Positions 56,064 to 64,000 of a stretch of 64,000 bases of DNA are shown here, one piece after another. The notes beneath the pieces are model-generated. The model did not search any database. It worked only from the letters and a program-made list of their open reading frames with translations, and was not told the DNA's origin. The position numbers were made by a program, and so were the translations under genes. The DNA comes from the human T2T-CHM13v2.0 reference genome, Homo sapiens, in assembly GCF_009914755.1 (NCBI RefSeq), contig NC_060937.1. One strand, 5' to 3'. Numbering within the stretch: the stretch's first letter is position 1; each line of letters begins with the position of its first letter.

Positions 56064-56466
56064 TCTTGTGGTCATCATGGAAAAATGGTATAGACTCCCT
56101 TTTAATCAATAGGTTAGATGTCAATACAATGATCCAGACACACAACAAGAGGGTATGAAAAAATGTATTACCCCATAGTAGGACTTTCTGTGAAGAACAG
56201 GGCAATTCATAAGGTGGTAGAGAATTTGCTTGAGTGACTTCAGGGAATGAAGGAGCAAGTGACTGTAGTCTCACTATGATTGGGAACAGGGTGAGAGCTT
56301 TCAAGTAGACAGGTGCATGCTTAGCTTGAACATCACACAGCAAAAAGGGAGAGGGTGTCATGCTTTCTTATTTTTTTGCCTAGAAGGGAGACTAGGGCAG
56401 AAGACAGGGGAGTGGTCCTTGAAAGCTGTCAACACTCACACATAAAGAAAAAGTTAGACTATTACA
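56064..56466 (-). mobile_element. ERVL-type solo LTR (MER74/MER88/MER54-like)
   Basis: 'tcttgtggtcatc...gacacacaacaagagggtatgaaaaaatgtattac...gactattaca'; TSD ccagt / ccagc. Confidence 0.7.
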
Positions 56467-56932
56467 CCAGCTTTCAAAGGGAAAATCTCTATTCGATATA
56501 TTTTCAATAATTACCTGTCCATCCTCTATACTACCAATGGAATTATTAAGTCTCTTTCTCATTAAAATTCATTTTCTAACTCTCTTACAGGTTTCTGGCA
56601 TTCTTCAAAGTTGTGAAACAAGACATATCATCTGTGTGGAGCTCCTACATAGTGGAAAGTTGGACAAAAATGTAGAGAAGTAAATAAATAAATGGCTATG
56701 AAAGTAGACGATTGTTATATCTTAAACATAAAATAAATTTGGGACCTATAATAGAGAGTATTCATAGCCTGACTAGGAGGGTATGGTCAGAAAAGACTTT
56801 TCAAGAGTGACTTCTTCAGTAAGACCTAGATAACAAGTCAACCATGCAAATCTCTGAGGAAAGAGCATTCTACCAAGAAGCAGAAACTAGTGCCACAATC
56901 CTGAAGCAGAAAAAGCACTGCAACTTTAAATA

Positions 56933-57466
56933 CAGTTGTCCCTTCTCATCTGTGGTTTCACTTACTGTAATTTTAGTTACTTGTGATCAACTGCAGTCTG
57001 AAAGTATTAAATGGAAGATCCCAGAAATAAACAATTTGTAAATTCAAAATTGCACACCATTCTGAGTAACATAATAAAACCATGTCACCCAGAATGTGAA
57101 CCTTCCCTTCATCCAGTGTCTCCACACTGGTTCCACAGTGTCTCCACAGAGTGTCCACACTATACATGCTACCCACTTAGTAGCCAGCTTGGAAATCAGA
57201 ATAACTATATTAAGTTGTCGTGTTCAAGTAGTAATGGCTCCAAAGTGCAACAGTAGGGATTCTGGCAATTCAGAAAAGCCAAAGAGAAGGTGAAAAATCC
57301 TACCTTGTTTGTTAATCTCTTACTGTGCCTAATTTATAAATTAAACGTTATCATAGACATTTATGTATAGAAAAAACATAGTATATATGAGGTTCAGTAC
57401 TATCTCTGGTTTCAGACAACCACTGGAATTCTTGAATGAATACCATGGGATAAGGGGAGACTAATG
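56933..57466 (+). mobile_element. MER44 (B/C-like; TcMar-Tigger) DNA transposon
   Basis: TIR-like ends 'cagttgtcccttctcatc'...'gataaggggagactaatg' flanked by TA; 'ttaatctcttactgtgcctaatttataaattaaac'. Confidence 0.9.
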
Positions 57467-57828
57467 TACAAAGAAAGTCAATGTGGCTGAAGGAGAGACA
57501 TATCAGAAGATGAATAGGAGAGGATGAAGAAAGTCAGAAGGCACTTTATGTACGAGCTTGTAAAGTGAGATCAGAGAGAATTTTATTCTAAGGCTAAAGG
57601 GAAGGCACAGATATTTTTAAGCAACAGAATCAATGATCTACTTAATTTATTATGTAATAATTATTAGATCATATTGTTTGCAATTTAGAGAGTACAGAGA
57701 ACAAGACTCAAATAAAAAGGACAAGTAAAAGATCAGTCTTGAAGACTATTAAATTGGTTCAGGACAAAATGTGTGATGGATTTTTCAAGGGTGGTGGTTA
57801 AGATACACAGAGAGTGGAAGGCTTTGGT

Positions 57829-58270
57829 TTGGCTATGGAGCCTTTCCCCCATTGCTTACTTTGGTCAACTTTGTCAAAGATCAGACAGTTGTAGGTGTTT
57901 GGCTTTACTTCTGAGTGCTCTATTGTTTTCCATCATCTATGTATTTGTGTGTGTTTTGTTTTCTAATAATCCCTAGGTTTACATATGTTTCAGTTTTGTA
58001 CAAGTACCATTCTGGTTTTGTTACTATATCTTATACTACAGTTTGATATCAAGTAACGTGATGCTTCTGCTCGGGATTGTGGGGTTTTGTTATTGTTTTT
58101 GTTGTTTTTGCTTAAGATTGCTTTAGCTATTCAGGCTCTTTTTTGGTTACACATGAATTTTAGAAGGGTTTTTTTCAAATTCCATGAAAAATGACATTGG
58201 TAGTTCGATAGGAATAGTATTAAGTCTGTAGATTTCTGTGGTCAGTGTGGCCATTTTAACAATATTGATT
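57829..58270 (+). repeat. Inserted copy of about 440-bp L1 segment, inside L2
   Basis: Copy of 54282-54720; no polyA tail or TSD. Confidence 0.9.
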
Positions 58271-58550
58271 ATTATTGTTAGGTTTTTTAGATAGAACTGA
58301 TAGAATTGATTGAGCTAGATAAAGAAAGTAATGAAAAGTGACTTTGTTTTGAGTGGGTTTTTTTGTTGTTTTGTTTATTGGCTTGAGCTTATAGATGAGA
58401 TAATTATGCCATTTACTGAAATAGGAAAAGGGAATGGGAATATGAGAATCAAGAGTTTCCCTTTGGGGATATTAATTATAAGATAAATACTAGCTATTCA
58501 AGGACAAATAAAGCATAAACCTACTTATAAAAATCTAACAAGCTTAACTT

Positions 58551-58808
58551 CAATTTGCAATGTTATTAGCAGTATTGAGTGGTTATTCACAAAATAAAAA
58601 TAATGAAACCAATTCTTCTTAAATATTATTTTTTTATTTTCAATGAAAAGATTTTAGATGATGGCTTTAGTTGTATCAAATAATGTATAATCTTGTACAT
58701 ATGTACTTAAATAGCATATTGAAGACATTAATGTGATATGCAAGTGTGATATGATATTGTGTATATCTGTACATAAATTTCTATGTGCATGGTTTGCCAA
58801 TCTGATGG
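58551..58808 (+). repeat. Copy 1 of 258-bp local duplication
   Basis: About 82% identical to 60048-60305. Confidence 0.9.
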
Positions 58809-60047
58809 AATTCACTAAATAATTATTGACCATCTACTATGCAGTAGATATAAGTAACATATAGTGAAAGAGCTTGTAGTTGACTTATTGTTTTTTTTCC
58901 TGTAAACTTAAACTTTGGTGATTGCTAATGCATCACTTGGATAATATAGTCAATCATTTAAAATATATTTAGTCTGCTAATTATTTTCAAGTGTGTTACA
59001 AATAATTCAAGGCAAATAATAAAGAGTCCTACTATATTCAAATGCTTATTCCAATGCATGTTAGGATACTTGCCTTTTCCAAAGTCATTTCAAAGTATTT
59101 TGCATGAGTTCAATTTTATTTTAAGACCTGCACTAATAATACTATCTGGCAGTAACTGCTTTGGATCACAGTGGATCCTCCAAGATTTATGTTTTACCTT
59201 TAGCTATAAAATCCTTACAACATCTATTTTTTCTGGATAGTTTTTATATTATCATTTTTAGCCTCAATCCAGAATTATTCCTTGTAATGTGAAAAAAGTT
59301 ATAAGGCAATTTCCACTCATCCGGTTCTTATGGAGGATAGCAATATTCTTTATTGCTAGAAGGTATTTTTATCTTTGTTTATTCACCTTTTCTTTCTTGT
59401 TACTGTAAAGGTCTTAAACCATTACCAGAAATACAAGAGGGAAGGCATTTTGAGAAGACATTATGTAATCATTGTAACTTCATTTGCTATTAAGATTCTC
59501 TTCATGTGAATTATATTAAAAGGTGCATTTACTCCAACACAATCACTTATTTCTTACTTTCTACTTATAGCACCTTTCCATACAGGTAATTCAGAACAAA
59601 GAGGCAGTCATAAAACATGTCCTGTTTATTACAAATTAGAAAAGATGACATATTTAGGAAATTCACAATGATGCAGACAGATTTTTGATATAATGCAATA
59701 TTATTATTATGCATTCTTTGAGGATCTATTATGTATCACTTCAAAGTAAGATATGAGTTTAAACTAGAACAAAATATTCTGGAATGGAGTGGAGTGGGTG
59801 AAATACTTTCTGTAAGTAAAGAGTTGTCAAAATTCATGTAGGGTGAATAAAAGAATGTATGTAATTTGAAGTTCCACAAATCTCCAAATTATGAAGCCTC
59901 ATTCTCACAGCATATAGAAACAAAATAACAATCAATAATATAATACTGAAATATAATTTCAACTCTGGTTCTAAGATTATGTTCTCTAGTAAATTATATG
60001 GGTAAGACTAATAATTAATTGCATTAATAATATTAATACTGATGTGC

Positions 60048-60305
60048 CAATTTGCAATGTCACTAACAGTAGCGAGTGGTTATTCAGAAAATAAAAATAA
60101 GAAAACCAATTCTTCTAAAAGCTTATTTTTCTTTGCAATGAAAATATTTTAGATGAGGATTTTAGTTTTATCATATAGTTTATAATCTTATATAATTTGT
60201 ACTTAAGTAGTATATCAAAGGCATTGATTTTATATTCAAGTGCGATGTAGATATTATGTGTATGTGTACACAAATTTATATATGCAGGGTTTACCAATCT
60301 GATGG
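60048..60305 (+). repeat. Copy 2 of 258-bp local duplication
   Basis: Shared ends caatttgcaatgt ... ccaatctgatgg. Confidence 0.9.
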
Positions 60306-60309
60306 CCAT

Positions 60310-60560
60310 GTGTAACTTGCACTCTGTGGATGTATTGAGAATATCCAATATGTTAAACAGACCAAGATCTTTTGCCTGTGTGGGTTAGAAATTAGATTTG
60401 GAAAGCATAATAAAAATTGCAACATGTTCCTGTTGTTCAGAACAGAGAAAGATTGCTTCCTATTGGTTGGTATTTCAGAAGGCTATGTTTAGAATACAGA
60501 ATCTGAGCCAGGTCTTGCAGGATAAGTGGGATTTTAACAAGCATGTATATTAATTTAAGT
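60310..60560 (-). mobile_element. L2 fragment
   Basis: 'tcagaaggctatgtttag...atctgagccaggtcttgcaggataagtgggatttt'. Confidence 0.55.
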
Positions 60561-61479
60561 CAATAACAGAAGTATATCAGAGTCATGATGAAGAACATTA
60601 TAGAATGGCAAAAAATCCAAGTTATTCGTATGTGAATATAAATACTGAAGACAAATATTGGAAAAGGAATCTGGAAATAGGTTGTGTTGTTTTAGTTTAT
60701 TTAATGATGCTTTGTTAAGCTGAATATAGCTTGGTTCATTTTGGATTAATGTATTATTACTTCTTTGCTTTTTAGTTTTGTCATTAAAATTTCTATTAAT
60801 AGTACTACTTGAAGATCTAATAAATGCAGACAAAAAGTACAATATTAAGTATATAATTCTGCCATATTTGAGTCAAATTTACATATATTAACAATGATTT
60901 CTACAGTTAACAATAGTATAGCTATTATTATCCTAGCCTGATACACCCTTGAGCCCTCTCAGCTCCTTGATTATATATCACTCTCTAAAAGTTGGATCAA
61001 ATTCTACCATTTTAAAAAAGCACTCTGGGACCTAATTTTGTATTTGACCATCGAAAGTATTTTATTATCTCACTAACAATAGAGCAATATGCCACAGAAT
61101 GATGTATAGAATAGCGATGTGTGCCTATAGAAACAGACAACACAAAATTTAAATTATTATGAAGAATAGAATAATTACTCCTTATGAAGAATCTTGCAAC
61201 TTAATAAGCTGCAGCTGTAAAAAACATTGCCTAATTGGCTATATCAGGATTTTTTAACAAAATTTATACTTTGAAGCATACTATGTAAATATGTAAGTAT
61301 CTAATGCATGTATTTGTGTGTGCATATATGTAAATATGTATGCATGTATATATATACATATGTGTTTGATGTCAGAAGTTCCTCAGGACCACTAGTGTCC
61401 CAAACAGTACAATTTAAACACCTTTGCCCTTGGTGAAAATATGTATCTAGGAGAGAAAATAATAATTATCTAGACCTTC

Positions 61480-62185
61480 AGAGTATGTTTTTTTTCCACA
61501 AGCTTCCTAATATAGTTTATAAAATATCGTTCACATCATCCCCTCTATTCCTATGGTAATTACCTAGATTTCTTTTAAAGGCCCTTGCTTATTTTTGGGT
61601 TCAAAATCATGCAATAACTTTCTAAATTTTCTCACTGGCTACTTGCCTTTAAATGCGTCCTTTGAATGCCAGCTAAAATTTACTTTGTCCAACACAACCA
61701 TGGGATCACCATGACTGAGAACTCCCCTTGGTGTGGAGAATAACATTTGCAGTTCTCAGCTTGATATTTAAAAGCCTTCATAATGTGTCTCAATCTACAT
61801 TTCTAGAGTACTACTGCCCTTCCTCTGACCCACAATTAAGACTATTCCCCAGGCACAGCAAATTATACACCATTTCCAAAACACATTCCCTTTCATTGCT
61901 GCCTTACCTTTGGCCATGCAGATGCACTCTCCCTAAAATGCCCTTCACACATTACCATTTCTAACTCTGGCAGATTGCCATTTTTCTGTCAAGACCAACG
62001 TATTTGAAGTTATGGCCTCCCGTGAGACACAATTAATTACTACCTCCTTTTTCTGCAACACTTTGTTCATACTTTGAATATAGCAGTTTTATGCCATAAG
62101 ATTTATTATATAGGTTTTATGTTTTAGATACTGACTTTCTAGATGACAACTAACCTCCCTATAATATAAATCTCAATAAATGTGC
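61480..62185 (+). mobile_element. L2 3' fragment
   Basis: 'tttaaaagccttcataatgtg', 'gccttacctttggccatgc', terminus 'ctcaataaatgtg'. Confidence 0.65.
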
Positions 62186-63407
62186 CTAGACCCTAATTAA
62201 TGTACACATATACATCTTACAAGTGTGTGTCAGCATACAAATAGATATGTACACATGCACATACTTGCTGGACTACAATAGGAGTGATTATTATTAAAAA
62301 CAGAAGGCAGAGTGATTCAACATGTTATTGTTGAAATGACTTCCATGGTTGTCTTTTAAATATCAATCATTCAGTTTTTCATGCCAGGATTTTCATAATA
62401 CATTAAGTGTGGCTTTAAACACATGAAAGCACTTTTGCTAAAAAACTGACATTATTGAAATATTGTAAGACATTTAAGGCATAAACAAGTTTGGCCTGTA
62501 CATACAGCGTGAAATTCTGTCTGTTCTATGGCAAATGTCTATATGCTCCAAAGTCATAGATAGTTACTCAAAGCAGAAATAAATAATTAAAAATATGTAA
62601 ATGTAGCACAGTTATCTGAATTATATTTGTTTCGATGACTGGTCAATGTTGGACTAAAAACATTTGCTCAGAGTGTTAATACATGTAATAAAAGAAAGAA
62701 TTTATTAAAACAACCAGTGAATCTGATTCCCATAGTAGAAAAGCTTTTAAAATGTCAATAATAAAAATGTTTTAAAATTGACATTATTATTATTATATTG
62801 TATTATAAATATCATTTTAATAGAGTAATATTATTGTATCATCATATATTAAATAATATAATAATAAAAAAGTCTAAATGGAAAGTACATTCTCATAACT
62901 TCTGATTTTTTAATAACATTTAAAACACACATTTAGAAACTGAGAATTATGTAGTACAAACTTTATTCACATACATGAATTTTAAAAATTTTGTTATTAA
63001 TAATATACTTTCCACTTTTCATAAAGTTCCCTTTGGATTGCTTTTCACTTGAATTACTATAGTCATTATTGAAATAAATAAATTTCCACTACATTATAAA
63101 CAAACTTTTTAATTAGGTGCTGTACTTATTCTGTCATGAAACAGGGATATTAATGATTAAATTCATGGAATGTAACTAACAATGTAACCAGGTAAGCCAC
63201 ACTCATCAAGAGTTCATAAAATAACTGGAAACAACATCAGAGAAAAGTTTTAGACTATGTCCTAGAATATGCCTGAATGCCAGGAAATAGCAATGGCACC
63301 TATTATTTAATCGCCTTCTATGGGTCAGATGACAAGTCAGATGTCATATATGTATATATACACACACACATATATAATATATATAGAATATATATTATCT
63401 AATTCTT

Positions 63408-63711
<304 letters not shown>

Positions 63712-63892
63712 CTAATTCTTATAAAATATTTATATTTTGATTTTCCAGACTACTGACAAGTTTTAGAGTTTGTTGAATACTAAAAAGCTGGAAAATGGCT
63801 AAACTGTCATTAAAAAACAAAAAGTCCGCCAAAACTGGAGATGCTTTTCCTCTACCTTGTAATACCTTTGTTTGCTGTGGGCGGGTGACACT

Positions 63893-63965
63893 TATCCTAT
63901 TTTATGCCAGTACCATGCTGTTTTGGTTACAATAGCTTTATAGTATAATTTAGATTTTCAATATT
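63893..63965 (-). mobile_element. L1 ORF2 antisense fragment at window end
   Basis: 'tttatgccagtaccatgctgttttggttacaatagcttt'. Confidence 0.75.
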
Positions 63966-64000
63966 AGTGCCCATGTCTCTCCCCCTTTGCCCCCACCTCA

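Larger units (their letters stand above)
56590..58510 (-). mobile_element. L2 fragment, host of MER44 and the duplicated L1 segment
   Basis: 'ggtcagaaaagacttttc', 'agtcaatgtggctgaag', 'tgccatttactgaaatagg'. Confidence 0.75.

Noticed and set aside
57112-57160. Tandem 'cagtgtctccaca' units in MER44
   Set aside because: Small slippage expansion of a transposon-internal motif; nothing suggests function.

Overview
Human genomic DNA, judged from a near-consensus AluYb8 (a human-specific Alu subfamily) at 63408-63711. The window is strongly AT-rich, CpG-poor and dominated by interspersed repeats, as in a gene desert or very large intron. I found no credible protein-coding exon, RNA gene, CpG island or CRISPR-type array. 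The supplied ORFs are Alu, L1 or LTR remnants or chance ORFs in low-complexity sequence. The window holds 10 Alus (J, S, Y, Yb8), many L1 fragments of different ages, L2, MIR, MaLR/ERV1/ERVL LTRs and DNA transposons (MER20, MER44), often nested. I do not see a new multi-gene system. The most notable structures are: (1) three short-range direct duplications of different ages (164 bp at about 99%, about 440 bp at about 90%, 258 bp at about 82%), plus small template-switch scars; (2) three perfect AP-1 sites, one a full NRF2/MAF ARE, within 72 bp of apparently unique sequence; (3) a twin-priming-like L1 joining the 3' end to an inverted endonuclease fragment; (4) an in-register old/young L1 chimera; (5) an ERVL-type LTR with a degenerate tRNA-Ser primer-binding site; (6) a possibly polymorphic AluYb8. 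Subfamily names come from recalled consensus motifs and identities are hand counts, so both need RepeatMasker or alignment confirmation.
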